Source: Carpediemonas membranifera BICM (lineage: Eukaryota; Protista; Fornicata). Taken from it: a DNA stretch of 64,000 nucleotides. Shown here piece after piece: positions 1-10,406 of the stretch. Every line of letters begins with the position of its first letter. Positions within the stretch are counted from its first letter, which is position 1. The notes below the pieces were generated by a model. That model did no database searches. It had not been told where the DNA came from and worked only from the letters and a program-made list of their open reading frames with translations. Position numbers and translations under genes: made by a program. The stretch spans positions 722,104 to 786,103 of the forward strand of contig JAHDYR010000003.1 in the NCBI GenBank assembly GCA_019828565.1. The letters run 5' to 3'.

Positions 1-271
1 TAGTAAATGTAATTTAATACTTCAATTAGAAAAACTTCCATCCATCTGGGTGCCCCTGTGGAAAGGCGAGGACTGATTTCATGGCATGGCTCATCCTCGA
101 CTCACCCCCTCGAACAACAGAGACTATAGCTGCCAGCTGACACACAGGGCCAGTGTGTGGAGCGCCGTTTGCCAGTATTGAGCGCAGATTGCTTTATGGT
201 GCACTTTATGTCAGCATTATTGTGGTATTTAGAGGGTTTATGTGGAGGATTCATGTAAAGGTGACTTAGGC

Positions 272-306
272 TTTTAGACTGAACAATTCTAATCCTGCGC
301 AGCACA
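272..306 (+). repeat. Direct repeat of the Fanzor downstream terminal motif (matches 2673-2707)
   Basis: AACAATTCTAATCCTGCGCAGCACA is identical at 282-306 and 2683-2707; 33/35 identity when extended to 272/2673. A third copy is on the minus strand at 33009-33033. Confidence 0.9.
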
Positions 307-687
307 CTACCTCCACTCACCCACTTCAGCCCTCGTCTGTACCATCGGGCTTTCGTGCTTTCAGTCGTCGGTCTGCACGAAAAGATGCGTCGTCCATCGT
401 CTGTGTCGAACGCTGCTGTCTTCTTTCGCGTCTGTGCTCGTCTGTTACGCGCTCATCTGTCGTCCATTGCCGGCGTCTGAAGCTCATGACGTCGTCGTCT
501 TCGTCGTCTTCGTCTGTTGTGAGAGACACTAGTGGTGGAAAGCGGTTGTAGCTAGTAGTAAAGACGCTTTGTGCTGTATGATGCTGGTTTCTTGTGTTTT
601 GAGGGATGCTGCTAGCTGATGAACCCTGAAAAGAAATGATCGATGCAGGCAGCTCAATAGACTCCAATACCTTCCAAGATATACACG

Positions 688-2563
688 GTGAAGGCTTCCG
701 TTAACAAGGCCATGGGCGAGATTAACGGCGGAGGCGATAACAACGCGCCGCGGCGAGGAAATCTTGAACCCGGCATGCGTTCTTTCACGCAGGCTAAGTA
801 CACATTCACTTGCCTGCTTGCGTGCGTCTCTGCATCTGCGCACGCGTTGACCCCACCGAGGACGGTCAACCTGTTCGACGAGGAGGTCCTCACGCAGATC
901 GTCAGCATTGCTCAGCAAAAGGTGTCGAGGGCAAAGGCAGCGGATCGGTGCAGGTGGATTTGCGACCTGGCGATGTGGAGGGACCCTGGCATAACCCCAC
1001 TCGTCCGGGACTTCAGGGAAGCCTACGTTGGAATTGCAGCGCCATTTCAGAGCTGGTTGGGTGAGTACTCCACAGTCACCCGGGTCTGGCTCTCGCGCGC
1101 GTCACCCGCGTACCTGACCCGTCTTCGTGCTGGATTAGAACGGGTGCGTCCGCTCCTCCATGATCGGCCGGGTGTTCGACAGGATTTTCCCGACACCCAA
1201 GGCGAGCTCGACACTGAGGTTGCCGCCATAGCCGCCGATCATGACATGCATCATCGTCAAATGCATGCATCGCCCGAGGGGCAACGGGTGGGTCGCACTG
1301 GTACCGTGGCCGAGGCTCTCGTCGGCGTGCTGTCGTGCGTCACGCGCATGAGTGCTGCAGTGACCAAGCTGGTCACACTCCCTCGTGCCGTGAACCTCGA
1401 GCTCAGTCAGGCCCTGCCAGAGCCGAAGCTCGTCCCGTTCGTGCCGATGGCACCGGTCAGGCCTGGGTTCATAACCATCGAGCGCGGAGTAACAGCGCTC
1501 ACCCCAGCGATGAAGAGGCGCCTGCGTGTGCACGTGAATTGGTCAGCAACCAAGAATTTGACCGACGAGCAGGTTGATAGATACGAGCGTGATCACGGCG
1601 ACATCACCAAGCTCCGCAGAGTGCTCTCTGTGAAGACAGACGGGGTCTCTGCTGCTGTGACGGTTTGGGTGGGCTGCGAGAAATACCGTGGCGGTCGGGT
1701 GGCTGACCGGCCCACGTACAAAAAGGGTAGCAGCAACAAGCGGGCTCGGCTCGGTCAGGATGACGCCGAGGCTACTCCTGCCCCGGACATTCAAGCTCTC
1801 ATGGGCTTCGACCCTGGTGCTCGGTCGCTGGGCGGCTACACGATCCGCCGCCCAGACGGGCAGAGTGTCTGGCGTACTCGCTAAGTGTGGCTACACTGCC
1901 ACCCCCTCTTTCCGCGTGAATATGAGCGTAGCATCGTTCAAAACGACAAGTCTAGAGGCTCTCAAACAGTCGATTAGATTTGTCCATGAGAACATCGTTC
2001 AGATCATCAACGAGGGGACTAGAAAGTGTTTCCGCCGTGCGACTTTTGCCAATCACTGTCTGCGCCTGAAGCACTTCGCCCGGGCTGGACGTCAACTCCT
2101 GGATGATCTCGGCGGGCGCCCCCCGGAGCCCATTCACCTCGAAGTCGCGTATGGGGCTGCACTGTTCGGTTCCGCCGGCACTCCCTCCTGTGCTCCGTAC
2201 CGCCACTTTGCTCGAGCTCTTCCTGGCATCATGCTCCGGCACAACGTCGTCGTGAGTGTCACGATGGTCTCGGAATTCCGCACTTCCATCGTGTGGCCAT
2301 ACTGCAAAGCACACTTCCGACGTGTGGTGCACACACACCGCACCATGCTCTGCCAGAATCCCGCGTGCGAGGGAGCTCCATGGCGCGTTGAACGGCTACG
2401 TCGGCATCCCGAGCAGAGAGACAAACTTCTCAATCTCTCTCACCGAGATAAGAGCGCCAGCGAGAACATCCTTTGGTGCACCCACGATGCAACTTCAGAT
2501 CAGATAGAGCAATCTCCTTTCCACTACGACTCCCAGAGAGGTGCTCTTCCTCGCTATCATTAA
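688..2563 (+). pseudogene. Fanzor1-type (eukaryotic TnpB) RNA-guided endonuclease, split by a frameshift near 1860-1890
   Basis: ORF 688-1884 has SVKTDGVS and RuvC-I MGFDPG. Overlapping ORF 1688-2563 has SFKT, YGAALF, RuvC-II VSEFRTS, a Zn finger (W)PYC...CQNPAC and RuvC-III HRDKSASENI. The first Zn-finger Cys is replaced by Trp. True start uncertain. Confidence 0.85.
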
Positions 2564-2707
2564 CTTGCTAAGTTGAGCAAACACGCGCTGCAGCGCGCGT
2601 GATATGCTGCGCACGATTGATAGAGTATGATGAACCACACTGCGATCCTGATGCTGCTTGGATCACTGTGTGTTTTGGACTCAACAATTCTAATCCTGCG
2701 CAGCACA
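2564..2707 (+). ncRNA. Candidate Fanzor omega-RNA scaffold / element right end
   Basis: Lies directly 3' of the Fanzor stop. Hairpins GCGCTGCAGCGC and CACACTGCGATCC..GGATCACTGTGTG. Long-range stem TGCTGCGCA-C-GATT (2605-2618) with AATC-C-TGCGCAGCA (2692-2705). The terminal 25 nt recur at 282-306. Confidence 0.55.
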
Positions 2708-2718
2708 ATTATTTCGAG

Positions 2719-3117
2719 ATGGAGCCACAGCACGAAACCGAAGTGGATATTCCCACAAATGTAGGAGAAGAGCTCAAGGAGGAATCTATGCCGGTTGAGA
2801 AGCCCATGACGTCTGCAGATCTCTTCACCTCCCTGAAAAGTTATCTTTCCTCTCATCTCTCCGAAGCAGTGAATGATCTGGACCTCCTTGCTGATCTTAA
2901 CAAGCTTGGTGCCGAGAAGTACGAGCAGATGGCCAAGTTTTGCGGCCAGCTCATCCCCCAAGGCGAGGCGATGACAGAAGCATTCAAGCAGATCCAGCCC
3001 CATCTTGAGGAGATTGATGAGCTGATCAGCAACATTTCTGGTCTAGAGGCCACTGTGAATGCCCTGGACCACTACACGAAGGCGCTGCAGGGCAAGCTCG
3101 AGACGATCCTCCGCTAG
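2719..3117 (+). CDS. BLOC1S2: BLOC-1 subunit 2 (BLOS2)-like
   Basis: LLADLNKLGAEKYEQM...IQPHLEEID...LEATVNALDHYTKALQGK matches the BLOS2 pattern. ATG at 2719 chosen because the upstream part of the ORF is element DNA. Confidence 0.75.
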   Translation: MEPQHETEVDIPTNVGEELKEESMPVEKPMTSADLFTSLKSYLSSHLSEAVNDLDLLADLNKLGAEKYEQMAKFCGQLIPQGEAMTEAFKQIQPHLEEIDELISNISGLEATVNALDHYTKALQGKLETILR

Positions 3118-3363
3118 GCCGTAGATTGGACCAGCGGGATAAATATAGCAGGCGTGCACGCAAATGTACGAGGATGATGTTGTGTTGTACGATTACGATT
3201 TGTTCGTGAACGACGGCCGGGGGTTTGATCATCCATCATCAGCAGTTCGTTGGCCTAATCTGTCCATGGGCGACAGGACCATGTAATGAACCAAGTAATG
3301 TTACCCGGCCATGCGTCGGGACCAAGCTTACTCCTGGTGCAGCTTTAGAGGAGGCCAGATGAG

Positions 3364-4443
3364 ATGACGACGGGAGATTTAGTATTTCAAACCTATGTGC
3401 CTGGAAAGGTCATCTTATCTGGAGAACACGCCGTTGTGAATGGATACGCTGCCGTCGTCGTCCCTATCAACGCTTTCCTCACGCTGTCCATCAAAAGAAA
3501 CCAGAATGCTGCTGTTTTCACAGTCATTTCCGCCACCACCGGCACCAAGGAGATCTTCAGCCCATCCGAGCTATCCATGCTCTTCATCGCCCCACCACAG
3601 CCCCGCCCCACTCCCTGCGCAGCGATGGTGCATGCCCTTGCGCTATGCGCCAAGGCCAGAGGCCTTTCCAGTGACACAGTGATAAGCTCCATCATGGGGC
3701 TGACTGTATCTGTCGACTCCGAGCTGCCCATGGGAGCGGGCATGGGGTCCTCGGCCGCGCTGTGCACTGCCATGGCTCGAACCGCAGTCCACATCGTCTC
3801 CCAGCTCCCCCGTGAACCAGAGCAACGCATGTCAGACAGTCCACTCCCCCTCTCATCCCCCCCCTCACTCGCCCCCATACAGCTGGACGCGTCTGTTTAC
3901 GACGTGGCCCTCGCCCTGGAGCACCTGTTCCACGGCAAATCGTCGGGCATTGACGTCTTCTGCTGTCTAAACCCCAACCTCGTCACAGTATCCCGGACTG
4001 GGGTCCACTCAACTCTGGCCATGCCCGAGGGAGCACCGGGGATCGAGATCGTGGTTGTCCACAGCGGCGTGGAGAGGAGTACTGCCGATGCCGTGGCAAT
4101 GGTGCAGGGTAATGCTGACTACAAGCGGGTCCTGGGTCAGATTGGAGCTATTTCCGCAGAAACTGCGCGACTGCTGGGAGAAGGCATGACCGGCGATGCG
4201 CTCGAGACTGCTCTGGCTTCTGAGCAGCACCTAGAGGCTCTTGGCCTTTCCGTGCCCAGCATTGGCCACATCCTGTCCATCGGCCAGCAGCTCTCCCCGC
4301 CCTGGGTCGGCAAGATCTCGGGCGCCGGGCTCGGCGGGGCAGTGATCTTTCCCGTTGTTGCTGGGACACGTGATACCAGACCGCTGCTGGATGCTGTGCG
4401 GGCGGCGGGGTTCGAGGCCGCGCTGTACTCTACCGGCTGCTGA
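3364..4443 (+). CDS. MVK: Mevalonate kinase (GHMP family)
   Basis: PGKVILSGEHAVV, LPMGAGMGSSAA, HGKSSGID and KISGAGLGG motifs. Confidence 0.9.
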   Translation: MTTGDLVFQTYVPGKVILSGEHAVVNGYAAVVVPINAFLTLSIKRNQNAAVFTVISATTGTKEIFSPSELSMLFIAPPQPRPTPCAAMVHALALCAKARGLSSDTVISSIMGLTVSVDSELPMGAGMGSSAALCTAMARTAVHIVSQLPREPEQRMSDSPLPLSSPPSLAPIQLDASVYDVALALEHLFHGKSSGIDVFCCLNPNLVTVSRTGVHSTLAMPEGAPGIEIVVVHSGVERSTADAVAMVQGNADYKRVLGQIGAISAETARLLGEGMTGDALETALASEQHLEALGLSVPSIGHILSIGQQLSPPWVGKISGAGLGGAVIFPVVAGTRDTRPLLDAVRAAGFEAALYSTGC

Positions 4444-4499
4444 CCAGTGCCATGCAAGATTTACTAGCAAGCTGTTCTATTTATATTGATCGTATAAAT

Positions 4500-7400
4500 C
4501 TACCTCCCTCTGCCATATCCGTCGTATCCAAACGATATCCGGCTGGTGGAGTATCTTTTGTTGAGATCCTGCATCGTCGCGGGTGAGATGGCCGTGCTGC
4601 CGATCCTCAGCGGGTACGTCCCCGTCGCCCCGGGCCGCCGCATCGACGTCGGGTCTGACCCCGTCTCGAGGCGGTACCGGAGCCCCGGCATCTCGCGGCA
4701 CATGCGGCGGTTGCGGCCGAGGATCTTCATGCGGCACATCGCCCTGACCGCGAGCATCGCCACGCGGAGCCGGCGTCTGGCCTTCATGGGCCCCATTCTC
4801 CGGCGTACCGGGGAGATTGCGATGGGGGCGATGACCCGCTGATGCTGCATGCCCGTCATCAGCGTCCGCACGTAGTCGAGCGCCTCCTTCTCAGCCCGCT
4901 TAAGCTGCGCGGACTCGGACTCCGCGGCGGCCTTGTCCCTCGAGAGCCGCTCGATGACCATCTCCGAGTCGGCCAACGCTCGCTGGAGTCGAGCGAGCTG
5001 CTCGGCCGGATCGGGCTGGGGCTCGGGTGTGGCGCTGCGAAGCGTGGCGACGGTCTGCTTCAGTCCGCGGATCTCGCCGTCCTGCTGGGCAATCGTCTGG
5101 GCCTGGTCGGCGTTCAGCTGCTGGTACCGGCTGACGTCGGCGCTGAGTCGCGCGATCTCGGCCCGGAGCTCCCTGTTCACGGCCAGCATCTCCGCACCGT
5201 GCGCATGCTGCTGCTCGTCCTGGAGCTGTGCGATCGTCTGCTCCTTAACCTGCACCTGCTCTCTGAGATCGACCAGGTTGCGCTGCATCGCCGCCAGCTG
5301 GCTGCTGACGGACTCGAACCCGGCGCTGTCCCCGGGCCCCTTGGCTTGTCTGATCTCGGCGAGGAGGGAGTCGCGGTGGCTGGCCAAGATGCGCTCGATA
5401 TCAACATCGCGAGGCTGGGCACGCGGGGTGCCTGGGCGGTCGGCGAGTCGTTTGACCGTGCCGATGAGCGTCTCGGACGGCTTCACACCGCGTTCAATGC
5501 ACATCGTATCCAATTTCTGCCGTATCTCCGAGATTGCCTTGATCTGGGCCTTCTGTGAAGCAACGAGCTCGAGAACACTGTCCCAGGACTGGGCCTCGAG
5601 CTCAGGCCCCTCAAGCACCGCGGCCAGCCTTGCTTTGAGCTGTGACAGGTCAGCGGCGGCCGTGGCATCGTGTTCCTGGGCCGACGCGAGGATCTTTCTA
5701 TACCCTGCGGCAATCGCGTCAACAACCTTCCTCATGCTCTCGCCGCCCTGCTCCCGGACACCGGCGACGGCGGCCTCGAGACGGGTGCGGTCCACCTCGC
5801 CCCCGTACGCGGCCTGCGCTAGCTGGGCGATTACTCTCGGATCCAGCTCGTCCTCCTCGACGGCCTCGAGGGCCTCTACGGGCCAATCGGGTGGCGCCGT
5901 CATGGCGAGGGCGTCGTCCAGGTCAGCCCTGCTGAGGGAGGCAGGGGCATGAGGGGCACTGAGCTCGAGGTCGATGTCGGACGGCTTCACCGACATGAAC
6001 AGGGCGTCGTCTACGGCCTGCTTAGGGCGTACAAGGTCGTCGATGCGGGCCTCCAGCTGTGTCCGCTGGTCCAGGAGCTCATTCACACGGGCCCTGGCAT
6101 TGGCCAGCTCTTCGGACAGTGCATCGGCTCTCTCCGTGACAGAGTTGAGGCGCTGGGTGACGGCCTTGTTCTCGGAGGTCAGACGCTTCTTCTCGGCCTC
6201 CACTGCCTCCATATCACGTCTAATGGCATCGACCTGGGTCTTAGCGTCAGCCTTGGCGCCCTCCTCGCGCTGAACGAGCCCTGTCTCGAGCTTCATGACC
6301 TTCTCCTGCAGCAGCGCGTTGTCCGCGCTGAGGTCGGCCTTCGCTTCGAGCAGGAGCGACACCTCGTGCCGCAGTCCGCCAGCCTCCCTGGTGAGCGCTG
6401 CCTTTTCCTCGCCGAGGATGTCATTGAGCGCCTGCAACTCCTTCTGGCGGGCTGCAGTGGTTCTAACTTCCGTCAGCTTCTGCTCCAGCTTGCCAACAGC
6501 GTCCTCGAGCGCCGCCTTCGCCTCCGCCAGCACGGAGCTTTCCTTCTGTAGCTCCACTACCCTATTGGCTGCCTCCTCGCTGGTGTGCAGGGCGTCGTCC
6601 AGCGTCGCCCGGAGATCATCGGCCTCCGCTAGCGAGGCGTCGAGCTTGGCCTGCAGTCCAGCGGCCTGAGTCTCAAACGGCGCGAGTCGGGCGACCTCGC
6701 CCTTCGCCTTCCGCAGCTCTCTGCCCCGACTCTCGAGGGCCTGCTGAACACCGGCCATGCTCTCTTGGTATGTCGCCGCAGACGAGTCAAGCTCAGCCTC
6801 GAGGGACTCCTTGCCGGCCCGGGCCTGGGCGACGTCCTCGTGGGCGGCGTGGAGCTCCCGGCGGACGCGGGTGAAGTCGCGGGTCAGGCCAAGGTGGTCC
6901 TCGCGGAGCTTGGCGAGCTTCTGCTCGAGCTCGGTCTGGGTAGACTCGCGGTCCTTGGCGGACTCCTCGAGGCGGGTCTCAAGAGCGGCCTTCTCCTCGC
7001 GGATCTCGGCGAGCTTCTGCTCGAGCTCGGTCTGGGTAGACTCGCGGTCCTTGGCGGACTCCTCGAGGCGGGTCTCGAGAGCGGCCTTCTCCTCGCGGAT
7101 CTCGGCAAGCTTCTGCTCGAGCTCGGTCTGGGTAGACTCGCGGTCCTTGGCGGACTCCTCGAGGCGGGTCTCGAGAGCGGCCTTCTCCTCGCGGATCTCG
7201 GCGAGCTTCTGCTCGAGCTCGGTCTGGATAGACTCGCGGTCCTTGGCGGACTCCTCGAGGCGGGTCTCAAGAGCGGCCTTCTCCTCGCGGATCTCGGCAA
7301 GCTTCTGCTCGAGCTCGGTCTGGGTAGACTCGCGGTCCTTGGCGGACTCCTCGAGGCGGGTCTCGAGAGCGGCCTTCTCCTCGCGGATCTCGGCAAGCTT

Positions 7401-10295
7401 CTGCTCGAGCTCGGTCTGGGTAGACTCGCGGTCCTTGGCGGACTCCTCGAGGCGGGTCTCAAGAGCGGCCTTCTCCTCGCGGATCTCGGCAAGCTTCTGC
7501 TCGAGCTCGGTCTGGGTAGACTCGCGGTCCTTGGCGGACTTCTCGAGGCGGGTCTCAAGAGCGGCCTTCTCCTCAGCGACGGAAGCGACCTGGGTCTCAA
7601 GAGCGGCCTTCTCCTCAGCGACGGAAGCGACCTGGGTCTCGAGAGCGGCCTTCTCCTCGCGGATCTCGGCAAGCTTCTGCTCGAGCTCGGTCTGGGTAGA
7701 CTTGCGGTCCTTGGCGGACTCCTCGAGGCGGGTCTCAAGAGCGGCCTTCTCCTCGCGGATCTCGGCGAGCTTCTGCTCGAGCTCGGTCTGGGTAGACTCG
7801 CGGTCCTTGGCGGACTCCTCGAGGCGGGTCTCAAGAGCGGCCTTCTCCTCGCGGATCTCGGCGAGCTTCTGCTCGAGCTCGGTCTGGGTAGACTCGCGGT
7901 CCTTGGCGGACTCCTCGAGGCGGGTCTCGAGAGCGGCCTTCTCCTCGCGGATCTCGGCGAGCTTCTGCTCGAGCTCGGTCTGGGTAGACTCGCGGTCCTT
8001 GGCGGACTCCTCGAGGCGGGTCTCGAGAGCGGCCTTCTCCTCGCGGATCTCGGCAAGTTTCTGCTCGAGCTCGGTCTGGGTAGACTCGCGGTCCTTGGCG
8101 GACTCCTCGAGGCGGGTCTCGAGAGCGGCCTTCTCCTCGCGGATCTCGGCAAGCTTCTGCTCGAGCTCGGTCTGGGTAGACTCGCGGTCCTTGGCGGACT
8201 CCTCGAGGCGGGTCTCAAGAGCGGCCTTCTCCTCGCGGATCTCGGCGAGCTTCTGCTCGAGCTCGGTCTGGGTAGACTCGCGGTCCTTGGCGGACTCCTC
8301 GAGGCGGGTCTCGAGAGCGGCCTTCTCCTCGCGGATCTCGGCGAGCTTCTGCTCGAGCTCGGTCTGGGTAGACTCGCGGTCCTTGGCGGACTCCTCGAGG
8401 CGGGTCTCAAGAGCGGCCTTCTCCTCGCGGATCTCGGCGAGCTTCTGCTCGAGCTCGGTCTGGGTAGACTCGCGGTCCTTGGCGGACTCCTCGAGGCGGG
8501 TCTCGAGAGCGGCCTTCTCCTCGCGGATCTCGGCGAGCTTCTGATCGAGCTCGGTCTGGGTAGACTCGCGGTCCTTGGCGGACTCCTCGAGGCGGGTCTC
8601 AAGAGCGGCCTTCTCCTCGCGGATCTCGGCAAGCTTCTGCTCGAGCTCGGTCTGGGTAGACTCGCGGTCCTTGGCGGACTCCTCGAGGCGGGTCTCAAGA
8701 GCGGCCTTCTCCTCGCGGATCTCGGCGAGCTTCTGCTCGAGCTCGGTCTGGGTAGACTCGCGGTCCTTGGCGGACTCCTCGAGGCGGGTCTCGAGAGCGG
8801 CCTTCTCCTCGCGGATCTCGGCGAGCTTCTGCTCGAGCTCGGTCTGGGTAGACTCGCGGTCCTTGGCGGACTCCTCGAGGCGGGTCTCAAGAGCGGCCTT
8901 CTCCTCGCGGATCTCGGCGAGCTTCTGCTCGAGCTCGGTCTGGGTAGACTCGCGGTCCTTGGCGGACTCCTCGAGGCGGGTCTCAAGAGCGGCCTTCTCC
9001 TCGCGGATCTCGGCAAGCTTCTGCTCGAGCTCGGTCTGGGTAGACTCGCGGTCCTTGGCGGACTCCTCGAGGCGGGTCTCAAGAGCGGCCTTCTCCTCGC
9101 GGATCTCGGCGAGCTTCTGCTCGAGCTCGGTCTGGGTAGACTCGCGGTCCTTGGCGGACTCCTCGAGGCGGGTCTCAAGAGCGGCCTTCTCCTCAGCGAC
9201 GGAAGCGACCTGGGTCTCGAGAGCGGCCTTCTCCTCGCGGATCTCGGCAAGCTTCTGCTCGAGCTCGGTCTGGGTAGACTCGCGGTCCTTGGCGGACTCC
9301 TCGAGGCGGGTCTCAAGAGCGGCCTTCTCCTCGCGGATCTCGGCGAGCTTCTGCTCGAGCTCGGTCACGGAGGTCTCAAGGGCGGTCTTGTCCGCCTTCA
9401 CAGCCTCCAACTCAGCATTCGCCTTCATTAGCTTCTTCTCCCGCGCGCCCTTATCGAGCTCAAGAGCGATCGACTTTTTCCTGAAGTCGGCCCGCTCGGC
9501 CTTGGTTGCCGCCAGTGACGACGCCAGCTGTTCCTTCTCCTCGGACAGCTTTTCGACCTTTGTCTTGTAGTCTGCGATCTCAACCCTGTGTCGAGCCTCC
9601 TTGGACTCGAAGCCGTCCTGGGCCGCCGCAAGCTTGCGCTTCATGTCCTCAAGCTCGATCTCAAGCACTGAGTGTCTATATAGAATGTCTGCCTTCTCCT
9701 CTCTGAGCTCGGTCACGACCTTGTCCATCGCGGAGACCTTATCCAGCAGCTCGTATTTCTCGGTGGCGAGCTCGTTCGACTGGTGTTGTAGATACTCGTT
9801 GTGGCTGTTCAGCTTCTCCACCTTCTCGGCCATGCTGTTGTACTCAGTCCGCAGCATGCTGAGGTCCTCGTTGTGGTGGATCAGGTCGGCAGTCTTCACC
9901 TCCTCCTGCCGCTTCAGCTGTACTGACGCCAAATCCTGCTGGGAAGCGATGATCTCGTCCATAACAGCAGCTAGCTCCTTCAGGGTGTCCATGGTCGGGG
10001 CGGTGTCCTCCTGCAGGAGCTTCTTCCGGGCGAGTAGGTCCGTCATCTTGCCCTCGAGCGTGCTGTGGCGAGTAAGATCAAGGAAAGGCGTGTCTAGCGG
10101 CGCGTGGTCCCGTGCACTGCTCTCCTTTGTTGCGTCTGAGCGGACAGGAGTCCATGTAGGTGCCGGGGGGGCGGGAATGCTGCTCGATGGCGGCGCAGCG
10201 GCCGATGGGGTTGCGGATGTTGGCGTTTGGTTCACATTGCGCTTCTTATAGCGACGCAACGCTTGCTCCATCCGGGCACTCTTGTCAGCGTCCAT
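4500..10295 (-). CDS. Giant coiled-coil protein with 28-aa tandem repeats and a C-terminal PACT-like motif (pericentrin/AKAP450-like)
   Basis: ~1930-aa open frame with heptad character; C-terminal RRRLRVAMLAVRAMCRM resembles the PACT calmodulin-binding motif. Start may be 10295 or 10397. Confidence 0.75.
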   Translation of the reverse strand: MDADKSARMEQALRRYKKRNVNQTPTSATPSAAAPPSSSIPAPPAPTWTPVRSDATKESSARDHAPLDTPFLDLTRHSTLEGKMTDLLARKKLLQEDTAPTMDTLKELAAVMDEIIASQQDLASVQLKRQEEVKTADLIHHNEDLSMLRTEYNSMAEKVEKLNSHNEYLQHQSNELATEKYELLDKVSAMDKVVTELREEKADILYRHSVLEIELEDMKRKLAAAQDGFESKEARHRVEIADYKTKVEKLSEEKEQLASSLAATKAERADFRKKSIALELDKGAREKKLMKANAELEAVKADKTALETSVTELEQKLAEIREEKAALETRLEESAKDRESTQTELEQKLAEIREEKAALETQVASVAEEKAALETRLEESAKDRESTQTELEQKLAEIREEKAALETRLEESAKDRESTQTELEQKLAEIREEKAALETRLEESAKDRESTQTELEQKLAEIREEKAALETRLEESAKDRESTQTELEQKLAEIREEKAALETRLEESAKDRESTQTELEQKLAEIREEKAALETRLEESAKDRESTQTELEQKLAEIREEKAALETRLEESAKDRESTQTELDQKLAEIREEKAALETRLEESAKDRESTQTELEQKLAEIREEKAALETRLEESAKDRESTQTELEQKLAEIREEKAALETRLEESAKDRESTQTELEQKLAEIREEKAALETRLEESAKDRESTQTELEQKLAEIREEKAALETRLEESAKDRESTQTELEQKLAEIREEKAALETRLEESAKDRESTQTELEQKLAEIREEKAALETRLEESAKDRESTQTELEQKLAEIREEKAALETRLEESAKDRESTQTELEQKLAEIREEKAALETRLEESAKDRKSTQTELEQKLAEIREEKAALETQVASVAEEKAALETQVASVAEEKAALETRLEKSAKDRESTQTELEQKLAEIREEKAALETRLEESAKDRESTQTELEQKLAEIREEKAALETRLEESAKDRESTQTELEQKLAEIREEKAALETRLEESAKDRESIQTELEQKLAEIREEKAALETRLEESAKDRESTQTELEQKLAEIREEKAALETRLEESAKDRESTQTELEQKLAEIREEKAALETRLEESAKDRESTQTELEQKLAKLREDHLGLTRDFTRVRRELHAAHEDVAQARAGKESLEAELDSSAATYQESMAGVQQALESRGRELRKAKGEVARLAPFETQAAGLQAKLDASLAEADDLRATLDDALHTSEEAANRVVELQKESSVLAEAKAALEDAVGKLEQKLTEVRTTAARQKELQALNDILGEEKAALTREAGGLRHEVSLLLEAKADLSADNALLQEKVMKLETGLVQREEGAKADAKTQVDAIRRDMEAVEAEKKRLTSENKAVTQRLNSVTERADALSEELANARARVNELLDQRTQLEARIDDLVRPKQAVDDALFMSVKPSDIDLELSAPHAPASLSRADLDDALAMTAPPDWPVEALEAVEEDELDPRVIAQLAQAAYGGEVDRTRLEAAVAGVREQGGESMRKVVDAIAAGYRKILASAQEHDATAAADLSQLKARLAAVLEGPELEAQSWDSVLELVASQKAQIKAISEIRQKLDTMCIERGVKPSETLIGTVKRLADRPGTPRAQPRDVDIERILASHRDSLLAEIRQAKGPGDSAGFESVSSQLAAMQRNLVDLREQVQVKEQTIAQLQDEQQHAHGAEMLAVNRELRAEIARLSADVSRYQQLNADQAQTIAQQDGEIRGLKQTVATLRSATPEPQPDPAEQLARLQRALADSEMVIERLSRDKAAAESESAQLKRAEKEALDYVRTLMTGMQHQRVIAPIAISPVRRRMGPMKARRRLRVAMLAVRAMCRMKILGRNRRMCREMPGLRYRLETGSDPTSMRRPGATGTYPLRIGSTAISPATMQDLNKRYSTSRISFGYDGYGRGR
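6905..9380 (-). repeat. Coding 84-bp tandem repeat (~28 units, TELEQKLAEIREEKAALETRLEESAKDRESTQ-type) with three 42-bp QVASVAEEKAALET inserts
   Basis: Near-identical repeats visible in DNA and protein. Unit length and count estimated by eye. Confidence 0.85.
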
Positions 10296-10406
10296 CCAAG
10301 AATGTCGCCAATGTCGCCCGCGCACTTCTGTCAAACGAGTTACATGCTCACGTAATGGCCCCAGCCGCCACGCGCTATCGACAGTACACCACGCCATTTA
10401 TCGCCC

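Noticed and set aside
1860-1900. Intron explaining the Fanzor frame break
   Set aside because: No GT..GT donor with a nearby HAC-NYAG acceptor like the other introns; a mutation is more likely, consistent with the Zn-finger Cys-to-Trp change.
2599-2718. N-terminal extension of the BLOS2 ORF
   Set aside because: Overlaps the Fanzor 3' structured region; ATG 2719 gives a normal-length protein.
6757-9570. Long alternative-frame and antisense ORFs over the coiled-coil repeat
   Set aside because: Shadows of a stop-poor GC-rich coding repeat.
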